Shown one piece after another: positions 1-11,014 of a stretch of 64,000 nucleotides of DNA. The notes beneath the pieces were generated by a model, which was not told the DNA's origin, made no database searches, and was given only the letters and a program-made list of their open reading frames with translations. Location: IMG/VR virus record IMGVR_UViG_3300020421_002402, positions 1 to 64,000 of that record; one strand, given 5' to 3'. Position 1 is the first letter of the stretch. Each line of letters starts with the position of its first letter. This DNA is from a virus. Position numbers and translations under genes: made by a program.

Positions 1-3000
1 TACAAGGTAGAAGAATTTATGGACGACATGATTTCAGACTTTGTCAACGAACGTGAAGATGACGAAGACTACATCAACGAATTTATAGAAAATGAAGGAA
101 TAGAAGAAACAGATTGGGATAGTTACAGAGAAGATGTTTTAAGAACAGAATATGGTGACGATAGATTTGAAGAAGAAGGTGTTGATGAACTGTCGGAAAT
201 ATATGGATACGAAGATGAAAATTGGGCAAGAGAGTATGTTGAAGCAGAACGAGGTCAGGACCTTAGAGATTATCTAAGAGAACTTGCAGAAGAAGACGAC
301 GATATAAAACAAGCGGCATACGAAGAAGCCAGTGAGAACTATGATTATGACGACTGGATCAGTGACCAATGGTACAGTATGAGTTCTTTCTGTGATGACA
401 TGGGTATAGATTACAGTTATGGAAACAACTTAGATGAAGTTGCTAGCCTTGTATCAAAATTTGTTAGAGAGAGTAGTGCTTTTTCAAGTGATGAAGTAGA
501 AAGTGGTGACTATGGTAACACCAGTGGTAGTACAGTAAATTATGCAGTAGAGTCAGACAGCAGTATTGACGGATATGGAACAGGTGCAGAAATTATATCA
601 CCAGTGTTTAGTACTCCAAGAAGAATGTTAGCAGAAATGAAAAAGTTTTTTGAGTTCTTAAAAAGCGAAGGAGCATCAACAAACAACAGTACTGGATTAC
701 ACATCACAATGAGTTACAATCCACAAGATGGTGAAACTGTAAACCATGAAGGTGGAAAAATAAAAGCAAACAGAGTAAAAATGGCTGTGTTGCTAGGAGA
801 CCAATACTTATTAAATGAATTTTTAAGAAGCAGTAACACTTACACCAAAAGTCAATACAAAGAATTACAAGATGCAGTTGGGTCACTAAAACAAGTATCA
901 GGCACTGAAGGCATTAAAAAAGCAGAAGCATTTTTAGACAAGGCTATCAGTGATGACAAATTCCGTGCTATACATTTTAAAGGTCAAAAAGATTCTGAAA
1001 CCAACACAAACTTAATAGAGTTTAGAATAGGCGGTGGAGAAGATTACGAAACAGACTTTGACAAAGTATTCAAAGCAACAGTAAGATATGCTACCACAAT
1101 GGTTGCTGGACACACAGACCAATATGAAGGTGATTATGTAAAAGCATTGTCCAAACTATTGCGTAAAGCAACTGATGTTGCACAAGGCGATGAACAAGAA
1201 GTTGGTGAACTCAAAGGCAGATATGAAGATGTTGCCAGCGATCCTGTACTAGACACATCTAAAGCAATAATTAGTTCTAAAAAATATTTAGAATTTACAA
1301 AACTTATGCTTAGAGGAATGGAAACATTAAAACAGGCTAGACTAAAATCAGAACCAGAAGCAGATGTTAAATGGAAAAAACAATGGATGGAATATCTTGA
1401 AGGTACAGGTAGTAGTTTAGATGAGTATGATAGTTCTTTAAGAAGAGCATTAGACAAAATTAAATACTCTAAAAGAGGTGGCGTTAAAGAAGCAGAAAAA
1501 AGAGATGGGCTTAAAGCATACCTCAGACCATCTTTGAATCCACCTAGCAAAGAAGTTGATGAAATGAGACAAGAGGGTATTAAGCATGTCAGTGAAGCAC
1601 TTGGAATGTTAGCAGTTGATGTTGGTAAAGGAACTGCAAGACAACAACCAAATGCAAAAAGCATTGGTGCTTTAAGAACCTTTTTGAAAAAAGAAAACAT
1701 CTCTGACAAACAATTAGACAACAACGTAAAACTGATATTAGATGATTTGAAAATAGACTCAGGTCTCACAGTTCAAAATAGAATACAACTTGTAAGTGAT
1801 GGTATGAACAAGATGTTGCAGAGAGAAGTAGTTACTAGACCAGACTTTGTAACTGCACCACAAGTTGAATCTGCTATTAAAGGCATGTGGAATGTGATGA
1901 ACAGTAAAGAGTTTAATCCTACTGTTTTAAAAGAACTTACCACACTTGGTATAGATGTTCGTGTAGGCAAAGATTCACAAGCCAATAAAACAGAAATAAT
2001 AGAAGATTTAAAAAGATTGTTTAAAGATGCAAGTGATAAAAGACAATTCAATGATTTTTATAATCATTTAACAAGTGCTGGATACAACAGTAGACCTTTC
2101 TTTTTAACACCAGGAATGATTTACAACAAACAAGGTTTTAATGATTTTGTACAATTTGTAAAACAGTTTGATTCTTACAGTGAACCAGTAAATAGAAATC
2201 ACAATCCAAACTTATATGATGATGACGGTTATGAAGATGTTGCATTAAGCAAATACACCATGTTATTGAGAAGAAGATTTGATTTTCTTGAACAACAATT
2301 TGAAACAGACCAATCAAAAGCAATTGAAAGTATGAAAAAGATGGTTCCTTTAATTACCAATTTTGCTAATACTAACCAATCAGAAGATACAGAATGGTCA
2401 AACATATTAGGAATTGACGCAGATGAAGTAAAAGATTTACCTAACATGTCAGATGAAGAAAAAGAAAACTTTATGGATTTACTTGGTAACAGAGATGCTG
2501 AAGAATATCTTGGTCTTAGAAGATACAGATATGAAAATGTCCAAAATGTACTAGATGATATTGTAAACGGTTCAAGTGACCGTAGAACTCTAATAAATTT
2601 ACAAGATTTTGTTACTGACACAATTAGAGAAATGTTGGGTAGTTATTACAGAAACAAAGAACGTTATCCAATGTATTATAAGTTTGATGAAGTTAAAAAT
2701 GTTATCAAAAGCAGATTTAAAGGTTTAAGTGAGTTTATGAAAGGAATAGACAAAATCTTTGTTGATAACGGATTTGATAGTCAAGACAGTTCAATTAAAC
2801 GTAAGCAACAACTGACCAAAGACAGAGATAACTTTAAGAAAACAATTCGTAACAGTTCGTATGCTACTATAAACATACCTGCACATTCTTTTACATATAT
2901 GAAAAAAAGTGATTATGAAAAAGTAAATGCATTTTATGACAACGCGGATTCAGATGAACAACCTGGTCGATACTTCTTGCAAGATATGATAAATGGGGCA

Positions 3001-5814
3001 TCAAATGTAAACAAAGGTTCTAGACCTGGAATGTTCTTTGTTATACCATCAGCACATTGGGGACCACTTAATGATGCTGTAAATGGTAGTGAAATTATAC
3101 AAATTATGCAAAAAGTTGGCAATATGAGTCAAAACTGGAGATTAGTAAACTACGGTAAGTTGTTTGAAAAATTTGCTTCTCTGTATGGAATAGATTATAA
3201 AACTTTGCAAAACGATGACAAATATGTAACAATAGATGGAGAAGATAGAAGAAAAATATCAAAATTATTTAGAATTGAGTTTACTGGAAAAACAGATGGT
3301 AGAGCAGGCATGGGAGATGTTGAAGAACTTATTTCTAGTGAAGAACTTAAAAATCAATCTTCAGGTGAACCTTTAGACAGAAGTAGTGCCGCCAGTTGGA
3401 ATATACAGAACGACCAAAAACTTTCTGCGGCATATGACTGGCAAAAATACCACGGTAAAGATGCAGACAAAATTAAAAATAAAGTTAATGATTTAGTCAT
3501 AAACAAAGGTATGGGTTTTTACAAAGCAATTCAAACCGTAATGGAACAAACACCAAAAGGCATAAGAGTTATAGAAGACAAAAAAATTATAGACGCCGGT
3601 GAAGTTGAACACATGGACGGTGAAGCATCTAATACTATTCAAGACCAAGCAAATTGGACTAAGTTAGCAGACTTCTTTAAAATAGAAAAAGGTGTAGACA
3701 ATCAAGGACCAAACATATTAGAAAAAAGTGCAAGAACATTTGATGGTGACCACGAATGGAGACCAGAACCAGAACCAGATGTTGTTGGGTTGAAAAGATG
3801 GGTGGCAAGTGTAAAAGCCGCCGCAGAATATATTAAATTAAATTATACAGTAAGTGGTGGTAATTACTTTAGAAAAAATCCAGACGGCAGTCTTGGTGAT
3901 GATGTAGGTTCACTTTACGGTGATGGTGGTAGAGGCGAACCTCGTGGTGCTCAAGCAAGAATGCAAAGAGGAGAAGTTACAAGAGGTGCAGGTATTACAA
4001 GTGACGAAGTAACTGAACAAGATTACGATAGAATGCGTAGCAAATATTTTAATTTTAATGCCATGATGATGAATGGTATGCAAAACTATATAAGACAATC
4101 AGATGTAAACAAACTGGTAGATTTTCTTAAAAACCCAGACAACGATGAAGAATTTAAAGAGGCTGTTTTACAAAGCATGATGAGAGAAAGAGAATCAGGT
4201 GCTAGACCTGGATCATTCCAAGGTCATTTAGCCTTAGGTAGACAATACCTAGCTCAGAATGAAAGTGTGTTTGACAAGTTTGACCAATTACCTTTAGAAG
4301 AGCAGTTGCGTATAGTTACAGAATCAAAAGTATTAGAAAGACCTTTATCAAAAGATGAAAAGAAAGACAAAGAAAAATATGTAAAAGGCATGAAGAAGTC
4401 CAAAGGTGATTTTGAGAAACGTTATGGCAAAGATGCCAAAGCAGTTATGTATGCTACTGCAACTAAAATGGCTAAAGAAGATATAGATGAATCCACAAAT
4501 GACTTTGATAGAATAGATATTATAAACAATATTTTAGCAGACCATTTTCCTGTAAGTGACCTTAAAAAGCAAATGCTGGCTTTCCAGGCTATTCCAATGC
4601 CTGAAATGTTAAATGCATTTAGAGAACTTAGAGCTCAAGGTGGCGATGATGCATGTGCTAGAGGTATTGTAAGACATTTTGTAAATGCTTTACCAGAACA
4701 CATGAAAGAAAAAGTTAATTTACATGAGTGGAGCAAACAGCACCTTTCAAGACTGTTAAATGAATACACAGATTTAAGTGCAGAAAAAGACAATATTATT
4801 AAAACAATCAGTGGATTAGATGCTACAAACGAACAACATGCAGAATTATTAGATAGAATATTTAAGTTGTTAAACAGTGAACATATTGGTAAAACATTAG
4901 ATAAAGCATTTAGTTATCCGTTAATGGACGAACCTTTTTCAGACAAGCAAAAAGAAAAAGTAATAAGTGATGTCACAAAAATTATAGGTGCATTAGATAG
5001 CGATTATGGTACTATGAGTAGATTCATAGAAAGATTAGAAAAAACAGGAACTGTCGTTAATATAAGTGAATTGGATAAACCACTTAACACATTTGCAAAT
5101 GTGTTTGGTGACGATATAAGTACAAAAGCCTTTAGAGCATTAACGTCATATGGTGTTGGTGTAAATCAAAAAGGACCAGGTGAATACGGATTAGCATGTC
5201 TTAGTAATAAAATTAAATTGGCATCTGGCGAAGGTGATTTAGAAATTGAAGGCATAGGAAAAGTAGAACTTAAAGCGGCTACTAGTAGCACTGGTGGAAG
5301 AATAGGTTATGGTGGCGGAAGTCAAAAGGCTAAACAGGCAGTCATTGACAAATATGCAGAACAAATTCCAACAGTAGCAAGTAGTGTATCTGGCTCTGGA
5401 TATCTAGGATTTACAAAATTTATATCAGCACTAAATGAAGATTTACCAGTTACTGATATAAACAATCAAAAACTAAGAAGACAAATTGCAGAAGATTTAT
5501 TTAAAATGGATATGGAAGAGTTTGCAGGTCCTATATGTGATGTAATAGCCAAAGATGCAAATGCAGTAAATATTGAAACGGCATATTTGAGACAAAACTT
5601 TTTATGGTATAAAGACAGAGATGACTTTGATGCATTGTTATTAGTTAGCATACCTAATATGAAAACTGCAATGATTAAAAATGAAAACGATTTAATTGAA
5701 TTTAGACGTAGTGGACACTCAATGTCAACTTCTATTAGTATTGTGCCTACACAGGCTGGTGCTGGTAGAGAACAATGGGCACAATTAAGTCTTAACAAAG
5801 GCATGGTTAAATGA
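1..5814 (+). CDS. Giant modular protein (5'-truncated): amidoligase-like domain, Lys-rich virion-type module, C-terminal PD-(D/E)xK-like domain
   Basis: Frame open from base 1; ESDSSI..GAEIISP..STGLHIT..IEFR motifs of COOH-NH2 ligase (Amidoligase_2); GPGEY..GDLEI..VELKA near C-terminus. Confidence 0.65.
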   Translation, partial: YKVEEFMDDMISDFVNEREDDEDYINEFIENEGIEETDWDSYREDVLRTEYGDDRFEEEGVDELSEIYGYEDENWAREYVEAERGQDLRDYLRELAEEDDDIKQAAYEEASENYDYDDWISDQWYSMSSFCDDMGIDYSYGNNLDEVASLVSKFVRESSAFSSDEVESGDYGNTSGSTVNYAVESDSSIDGYGTGAEIISPVFSTPRRMLAEMKKFFEFLKSEGASTNNSTGLHITMSYNPQDGETVNHEGGKIKANRVKMAVLLGDQYLLNEFLRSSNTYTKSQYKELQDAVGSLKQVSGTEGIKKAEAFLDKAISDDKFRAIHFKGQKDSETNTNLIEFRIGGGEDYETDFDKVFKATVRYATTMVAGHTDQYEGDYVKALSKLLRKATDVAQGDEQEVGELKGRYEDVASDPVLDTSKAIISSKKYLEFTKLMLRGMETLKQARLKSEPEADVKWKKQWMEYLEGTGSSLDEYDSSLRRALDKIKYSKRGGVKEAEKRDGLKAYLRPSLNPPSKEVDEMRQEGIKHVSEALGMLAVDVGKGTARQQPNAKSIGALRTFLKKENISDKQLDNNVKLILDDLKIDSGLTVQNRIQLVSDGMNKMLQREVVTRPDFVTAPQVESAIKGMWNVMNSKEFNPTVLKELTTLGIDVRVGKDSQANKTEIIEDLKRLFKDASDKRQFNDFYNHLTSAGYNSRPFFLTPGMIYNKQGFNDFVQFVKQFDSYSEPVNRNHNPNLYDDDGYEDVALSKYTMLLRRRFDFLEQQFETDQSKAIESMKKMVPLITNFANTNQSEDTEWSNILGIDADEVKDLPNMSDEEKENFMDLLGNRDAEEYLGLRRYRYENVQNVLDDIVNGSSDRRTLINLQDFVTDTIREMLGSYYRNKERYPMYYKFDEVKNVIKSRFKGLSEFMKGIDKIFVDNGFDSQDSSIKRKQQLTKDRDNFKKTIRNSSYATINIPAHSFTYMKKSDYEKVNAFYDNADSDEQPGRYFLQDMINGASNVNKGSRPGMFFVIPSAHWGPLNDAVNGSEIIQIMQKVGNMSQNWRLVNYGKLFEKFASLYGIDYKTLQNDDKYVTIDGEDRRKISKLFRIEFTGKTDGRAGMGDVEELISSEELKNQSSGEPLDRSSAASWNIQNDQKLSAAYDWQKYHGKDADKIKNKVNDLVINKGMGFYKAIQTVMEQTPKGIRVIEDKKIIDAGEVEHMDGEASNTIQDQANWTKLADFFKIEKGVDNQGPNILEKSARTFDGDHEWRPEPEPDVVGLKRWVASVKAAAEYIKLNYTVSGGNYFRKNPDGSLGDDVGSLYGDGGRGEPRGAQARMQRGEVTRGAGITSDEVTEQDYDRMRSKYFNFNAMMMNGMQNYIRQSDVNKLVDFLKNPDNDEEFKEAVLQSMMRERESGARPGSFQGHLALGRQYLAQNESVFDKFDQLPLEEQLRIVTESKVLERPLSKDEKKDKEKYVKGMKKSKGDFEKRYGKDAKAVMYATATKMAKEDIDESTNDFDRIDIINNILADHFPVSDLKKQMLAFQAIPMPEMLNAFRELRAQGGDDACARGIVRHFVNALPEHMKEKVNLHEWSKQHLSRLLNEYTDLSAEKDNIIKTISGLDATNEQHAELLDRIFKLLNSEHIGKTLDKAFSYPLMDEPFSDKQKEKVISDVTKIIGALDSDYGTMSRFIERLEKTGTVVNISELDKPLNTFANVFGDDISTKAFRALTSYGVGVNQKGPGEYGLACLSNKIKLASGEGDLEIEGIGKVELKAATSSTGGRIGYGGGSQKAKQAVIDKYAEQIPTVASSVSGSGYLGFTKFISALNEDLPVTDINNQKLRRQIAEDLFKMDMEEFAGPICDVIAKDANAVNIETAYLRQNFLWYKDRDDFDALLLVSIPNMKTAMIKNENDLIEFRRSGHSMSTSISIVPTQAGAGREQWAQLSLNKGMVK

Positions 5815-7337
5815 GAGCAAATGATTTAAACAAATGCCCTAGAACAAAAGAAACACAATGTCAATGTGAATCTTTGCATACAATCAATGAAGCAGAAGAA
5901 ACTGTAAAGGCACTTGTAAAGTTTGAACATACTGAAGGTGATGTGCAAGGCATTATCAAAATGAAACAAGACCCAGGCAAGCCTACAATTATAAGAGGAC
6001 TTATAAAAGGACTAGAACCAGGAGAGCATGGATTCCACATACATGAGTTTGGCGATTTGAGTGATGGGTGTGCTAGTGCAGGCGGACATTATAATCCAGA
6101 CGGTGTTGACCATGGTGACATAGATGGTGGACATGTTGGAGACTTAGGAAATATCACAGCAAATGAAGAAGGCGAAGCAAGATTTAAAATTGTTGCTAGA
6201 CGTGTAGATTTAAGTGGTGATAGAAGTATAGTTGGCAGAGCAGTTGTTGTACATGCTGACAGAGATGACTTGGGCAAAGGCGGAGATGAGGAAAGTCTTA
6301 AAACAGGTAATGCTGGAGATAGATTAGGTTGTGGTGTAATTAGACTTAGACAAGGCATTGAAGAAGATTATCAACGACATGTAAGCGACAAACATTTTAA
6401 TAGAAATGAATTACCACAAATTAGAAAAAGAGACATTAAAGATTCACCATTTAGTTTTAAACAAGGCACTATTACATTAGACAAAATTAAACCTGTACAA
6501 AGTCAAAGAGTAGATGGATTAAGCAAAAGTGCAGAAAATATGTTTTTTGATGGAGATTATAGACCGTTTATATTGGACAAAAAAGGTTATCTTGTAAATG
6601 GTCATCACAGATTTGATGCCGCAAACATATTAGGCATAGACAAAGTTAAAGCAATTATTGTAGATGCTGACATTGAACAATTAATGAAACATTTTTCACA
6701 CAAAGTAAGTGACCAAGCAGTAATGGACAGTTTACAAAATAAACTTACAACAATGCTTACATCAGAAGATGCTAGTAATTGTAAACACGGAAAGTATTTT
6801 TGTAGCACAGACAAAGTTTGGAAATGCAGAAAGAAACCTAAAAAAACAAGAATGTCAGAAGCATTAGCAGAAGCAGAAGTTATTAACTTTCCAGGAACTT
6901 ATGTAAAAAAAGAATATGTTGATATAAATGGTGTAAAGATGCTAAAAGATGTTTGGGAATATATGAGCCAAGACAGAGAAGAAGAGCATGGGTACGATGA
7001 CAATATGAATACTGTTAAAAAAGGTATTAGTAATTTTACAGGCAACGAAGATCCCAAAATCTTAAAAAAAGCATACCAAATAGAATTGAGAAATTTTATA
7101 GATGAGTTTGAAAACCAAGATATGGACCCACAACCATTTATAGATGAACTAGAACAAATAGACGAAAACTTTGCTGACGGTAAAAAAAAGGGCAAAAGTA
7201 GACCTGGTAGAGTAAAAAAAGCAGGTGCAAGTTGCAAAGGCTCGGTTACAAGTTTAAGAAAAAAAGCAAAAAACAGCAGTGGTGAAAAGTCAAAAATGTA
7301 TCACTGGTGTGCAAATATGAAGTCCGGAAAAAAATAA
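5811..7337 (+). CDS. sodC: Cu/Zn superoxide dismutase fused to ParB/Srx-like domain and Lys/Cys-rich C-terminal module
   Basis: HGFHIH, GGHYNP, HVGDLGN, GRAVVVH, GNAGDRLGCG all intact; ILDKKGYLVNGHHR ParB-like motif. Confidence 0.85.
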   Translation: MRANDLNKCPRTKETQCQCESLHTINEAEETVKALVKFEHTEGDVQGIIKMKQDPGKPTIIRGLIKGLEPGEHGFHIHEFGDLSDGCASAGGHYNPDGVDHGDIDGGHVGDLGNITANEEGEARFKIVARRVDLSGDRSIVGRAVVVHADRDDLGKGGDEESLKTGNAGDRLGCGVIRLRQGIEEDYQRHVSDKHFNRNELPQIRKRDIKDSPFSFKQGTITLDKIKPVQSQRVDGLSKSAENMFFDGDYRPFILDKKGYLVNGHHRFDAANILGIDKVKAIIVDADIEQLMKHFSHKVSDQAVMDSLQNKLTTMLTSEDASNCKHGKYFCSTDKVWKCRKKPKKTRMSEALAEAEVINFPGTYVKKEYVDINGVKMLKDVWEYMSQDREEEHGYDDNMNTVKKGISNFTGNEDPKILKKAYQIELRNFIDEFENQDMDPQPFIDELEQIDENFADGKKKGKSRPGRVKKAGASCKGSVTSLRKKAKNSSGEKSKMYHWCANMKSGKK

Positions 7338-8800
7338 TGCGTCTATACGAAATATTTCAACAATTAAACGAATACAGTCAGAGTGCTACACTAAACAAGT
7401 GGGGAGAACGTATTGTTCAAGCCGCCACTTTCAATGAACAGCACTTGTCCGACAATTGGTTTTACCAAGACAGTTCTATAGAAAACGAACAACAAATGGC
7501 TACAGCAGTACTAAAAGAACTGGAAAGCATAGACCCTACTGAAAACAAACAGTATGTGATGACATTGGTGCGTTGGTATACAGCAGTAGTAAAGGTACAC
7601 GAAAAAAATAAAAAATTATATGCCAAGTTAAGAAAAGCAGAACTAGAAGGTGGAACGGCAGATGATTGGGAACCAGGCTATAATGAAATCTGGCCCGAAG
7701 ATTACACAGATCTGGGCAAGGGAGATGACAATCAGGGTCCTGGTTATGTAACAGCCAGAGCAACAGAAGATTGGAACATCGATGATGCTGAGTTTGATTT
7801 GGATAAGATAGGAACGCAGAGTTCATTCAAATTAGAAGATGCTGAACAAATACGTGACGCATTAGTAAGATTTGAAAGCATTAAGCAACAACTTCCAGCC
7901 AACGAACGCGACATAGGCAGGTACAAGAATTTTTATCGTTTTGAAGACTTTGTAGATAGTGCTTACGATGAAAACTATGTTCCACCTGAAACAGACAACG
8001 AAACACTAAAACGCAAAGATGTAGAAGTTTTATACAACGGACCATTAGGCACAGTCACAGTACCTAAAAGCCATGAAGCCAGTTGTGAATTAGGCAGTGG
8101 CACTAAATGGTGTACCACAGGCAAAAACACTTACTGGTATGACAGTTACAGTAGCAGAGGTGATTTAATCATCTACAACGAAAAGCCAGGCAATGCCAAG
8201 TATCAATTACATGTCACATTGGATGGTTTAGAAGCCAGAGATTCTCGTGACAGACGCATAGACCATGCCAAAGAAGTTGAGTTTACACAAAAACATCCTG
8301 TGATAAGCAGAATCATACGGGCACAACACGACAAAATATTCTCACAAATGGCACAAGTACCATGGAGCAGTGATGCTATACCAAATGACAGTGAACTCAG
8401 ATTTGGAGTAGACAATAGTGAAGAGAACGAGATAGTGAGAAAGTTTGTAGAGTTCAATAACAAACATCAAGGTGGCGTAATGCGTTATGTAGATGAATAC
8501 TATACAAAGAATACATTGCCCTCTTTTCTAAATAGAGCAGGCACAATACCTAGTCAATCCTTTGTAGAGTTGATGCTCACATACGCACAACAACGTGGCA
8601 AGCCATGGCCAGAAATGATGGACTTTATGATAAAGATATTACACAATGCGGCTGAAGGGATGGATGTTTCCAGTAACGTAGAATTAAAAGCCATTAATCG
8701 ACTGGTTGCTCAATTAGAAACACTGGGCACAAATCCTGAACTAGAAAAGTTTAAGAAAAACGCAATAAAGAAATTAAAAGCAGGCAAGAAAAAAGGATAA
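7337..8800 (+). CDS. Hypothetical phage protein (ASCELGSGTKWCT domain), probable head-associated
   Basis: ATG at 7337 overlaps upstream TAA (TAATG); start MRLYEIF preferred over 7307. Confidence 0.6.
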   Translation: MRLYEIFQQLNEYSQSATLNKWGERIVQAATFNEQHLSDNWFYQDSSIENEQQMATAVLKELESIDPTENKQYVMTLVRWYTAVVKVHEKNKKLYAKLRKAELEGGTADDWEPGYNEIWPEDYTDLGKGDDNQGPGYVTARATEDWNIDDAEFDLDKIGTQSSFKLEDAEQIRDALVRFESIKQQLPANERDIGRYKNFYRFEDFVDSAYDENYVPPETDNETLKRKDVEVLYNGPLGTVTVPKSHEASCELGSGTKWCTTGKNTYWYDSYSSRGDLIIYNEKPGNAKYQLHVTLDGLEARDSRDRRIDHAKEVEFTQKHPVISRIIRAQHDKIFSQMAQVPWSSDAIPNDSELRFGVDNSEENEIVRKFVEFNNKHQGGVMRYVDEYYTKNTLPSFLNRAGTIPSQSFVELMLTYAQQRGKPWPEMMDFMIKILHNAAEGMDVSSNVELKAINRLVAQLETLGTNPELEKFKKNAIKKLKAGKKKG

Positions 8801-8803
8801 ATA
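8796..8803 (+). promoter_or_regulatory. T4-like late promoter GATAAATA
   Basis: TATAAATA-like box 5 nt before ATG 8809. Confidence 0.7.
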
Positions 8804-8808
8804 CTAGT

Positions 8809-9006
8809 ATGAAGATTTATGAAATTATTCAAGAAACAGCATCAGTAGGAGGCATGAGTGCAGGTGCAGTTGCCACAGTTGTAAAACCAATTGCAAATGA
8901 TGTGCAACGTGTTGTACAAAAACCTAAAAAGCCTAAGAAAACAAAACATGCACACAAAAAGCCAGGTCCTAAAAAGAAACTAAAAAGTTCTATTATAAGA
9001 CGATGA
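8809..9006 (+). CDS. Small basic hypothetical protein
   Basis: MKIYEIIQE start, late promoter, coupled to next ORF. Confidence 0.65.
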   Translation: MKIYEIIQETASVGGMSAGAVATVVKPIANDVQRVVQKPKKPKKTKHAHKKPGPKKKLKSSIIRR

Positions 9007-9221
9007 AAGTTCTAAAAAATAAACATGGCTCTACCTTTGTCAGCAGTAAAGAGTTTCACTTCTTTGACAAATTGCGACACGAAAAAGGTATATATGAGTA
9101 TGAACTTTCAGAAAATGAAGTACATACAGCAAAGGAATTGAGAAAGAGAGGATTAGTTCTCAGAATAAATGATAATGGTCAACCGAAATACAAAACATAC
9201 CCGCAAAAAGAAATTATCTAA
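9003..9221 (+). CDS. Hypothetical protein
   Basis: ATGA overlap with upstream gene. Confidence 0.6.
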   Translation: MKVLKNKHGSTFVSSKEFHFFDKLRHEKGIYEYELSENEVHTAKELRKRGLVLRINDNGQPKYKTYPQKEII

Positions 9222-9663
9222 AAAGAAACAGCAAGAACTAGCACAAAAGTTAGAGTCTAGTGTTGCTAATATTTCCAAAAAAGGTATATTTTTTAAAAGC
9301 AGAAATAAAAATGGCAGTTACAGTATTGTAGACGGTACAAAAAAAGAAGTACTTATTGAAAATATTTTACTACCAGAATCTGCAAATATAATCATACAAA
9401 CACTTAAATCAGCAAATAAACAAAAAATTACTAGAATTGTTGAAAATTTTGAATCTACATTGAGAAGATATCAACCTAACATAGAAAAGCATCTAAATGA
9501 TATTTTCTTTTACAGACATACAATGAAAACCACTAAAGATAGTATAAAATTCTTTTCTACAGAGGCAAGAATAGACATGTCTGTATCTAAATTACGTTAT
9601 GAAAGAGACTGTTTACAGGATAAACTAGGCATTAACGTATTACATGCTACCCACCTGGACTAA
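9169..9663 (+). CDS. Hypothetical protein
   Basis: ORF in operon; start uncertain. Confidence 0.55.
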   Translation: MIMVNRNTKHTRKKKLSKKKQQELAQKLESSVANISKKGIFFKSRNKNGSYSIVDGTKKEVLIENILLPESANIIIQTLKSANKQKITRIVENFESTLRRYQPNIEKHLNDIFFYRHTMKTTKDSIKFFSTEARIDMSVSKLRYERDCLQDKLGINVLHATHLD

Positions 9664-9689
9664 CAAACTTACATATTTTTTCCTATTAT

Positions 9690-9709
9690 TGATAAATACA
9701 ATTAACAAA
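9690..9709 (+). promoter_or_regulatory. Late promoter in 20-bp element TGATAAATACAATTAACAAA
   Basis: Identical copy at 13670-13689. Confidence 0.7.
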
Positions 9710-9731
9710 TTTATTTTATCGGGAATTAAAA

Positions 9732-11012
9732 ATGAAAATTGCAAACTTTAATCAAACACCTTTGGATAGAATCAAAAAAATGAATAACTATCTTAAGGAA
9801 AATCATGGTGTTAAAGTTACTGGCTTTCATACAAAAAGCAAACTAGAAACAGTTCGTGAAAAAGCAGAAATGCATGTAGTCAGACTTAGAAACACTAACA
9901 AAAAATTTAATATTGATCCTGAATACGCAAAGTATTTAGGTGTCAGAGATGTCATAGACACAATGCTTGAAGAAGGCGTATATGCTGATAGTCCAGCATT
10001 GGAAGGCATGAGACAAGAACTTAATGCAGAAGTACAAGGCTTAATGGACAGTGGATATACTGTTGAAGAAGCATGTTCAGAATGCATGAATAGATACAGA
10101 CAAGACTCCCGATTTGCATATGATGATGAATTTGTTTTACCGATAGTGATTAAAGCCGCAAAAGCATACGAGTCAAGTTGCAATAGAGAATCTATTGAAT
10201 CTGATATTAATGAACCTGTGTTAAGAGAACTTGCAAAAGAAGTTGGCATAGATTTAGAAACTGTTGAAAACTATGATGCTATTGAAGAAAAACTTGGAAC
10301 ATTCGCAGACATAACTGGAAAAAGTAGAGATGCAGTTGTAGGTTTCTTAAATGGTTTAGAATTAGACAGCATTACTCCAGGTATCCAAATGTTTGGTGCA
10401 AAAATTGGTGAGCAAAACAAGTTCACAGGTGCTAGACAAGATGCTATTGAAAAAGGCGACAAAGAGTTTGAAGTAGATGGCAAAACTTTTAAAGTATCAG
10501 GCGATACAAAAGATGAAAAAGAACAAGCAAAAGAAAGTATGTTTGATGACATAGTAGATGACATGATTGCAGAAGAAGTTGAAGTTGAACAAGCAGAAGT
10601 TGTTATGGCAATTAGAGCATTAGCAGACGATGTACAAAATCACATTGAAAGAATTGGTCGTATGGTAAATGAAGACATTCCTGCAATAGCAGACCAAATG
10701 GTTGCTGAGTTTGGAGTTGACCAAGCATCACAAATTAAAGACCAAATGGAACAGGCTCTTCAAATACTATTAGATGCTAACAAAGTTGGTAAAGATGGTG
10801 TTGATGCAGTTGTTGGACAATTAACAGGAATGGGTTCACTAGCAGACGCAGGTGCCCCAATGGATGCTCCAGTTGATGCTGAAGTACCAGTTGATGCTCC
10901 AGTTGATAATGTACCAGCCGCGGCAGGACCTGAAGAAGAACCACTAGGTAGAGCGGAAGTAGAACCAGCAGGTGAAGTTCCAGCAGATCCAGTAGTCGAC
11001 GCAGGAGTTTAA
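9732..11012 (+). CDS. Acidic structural/scaffold-like protein with PVDA-repeat tail
   Basis: Late promoter; acidic helical protein with Pro/Ala/Asp-rich C-terminus. Confidence 0.5.
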   Translation: MKIANFNQTPLDRIKKMNNYLKENHGVKVTGFHTKSKLETVREKAEMHVVRLRNTNKKFNIDPEYAKYLGVRDVIDTMLEEGVYADSPALEGMRQELNAEVQGLMDSGYTVEEACSECMNRYRQDSRFAYDDEFVLPIVIKAAKAYESSCNRESIESDINEPVLRELAKEVGIDLETVENYDAIEEKLGTFADITGKSRDAVVGFLNGLELDSITPGIQMFGAKIGEQNKFTGARQDAIEKGDKEFEVDGKTFKVSGDTKDEKEQAKESMFDDIVDDMIAEEVEVEQAEVVMAIRALADDVQNHIERIGRMVNEDIPAIADQMVAEFGVDQASQIKDQMEQALQILLDANKVGKDGVDAVVGQLTGMGSLADAGAPMDAPVDAEVPVDAPVDNVPAAAGPEEEPLGRAEVEPAGEVPADPVVDAGV

Positions 11013-11014
11013 AC

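Noticed and set aside
704-6814. Many minus-strand ORFs (e.g. 1134-1769, 2229-2621, 6089-6358) and similar shadows across the window
   Set aside because: Antisense to long, motif-bearing genes; Ser/Leu/Phe-rich mirror composition, no SD
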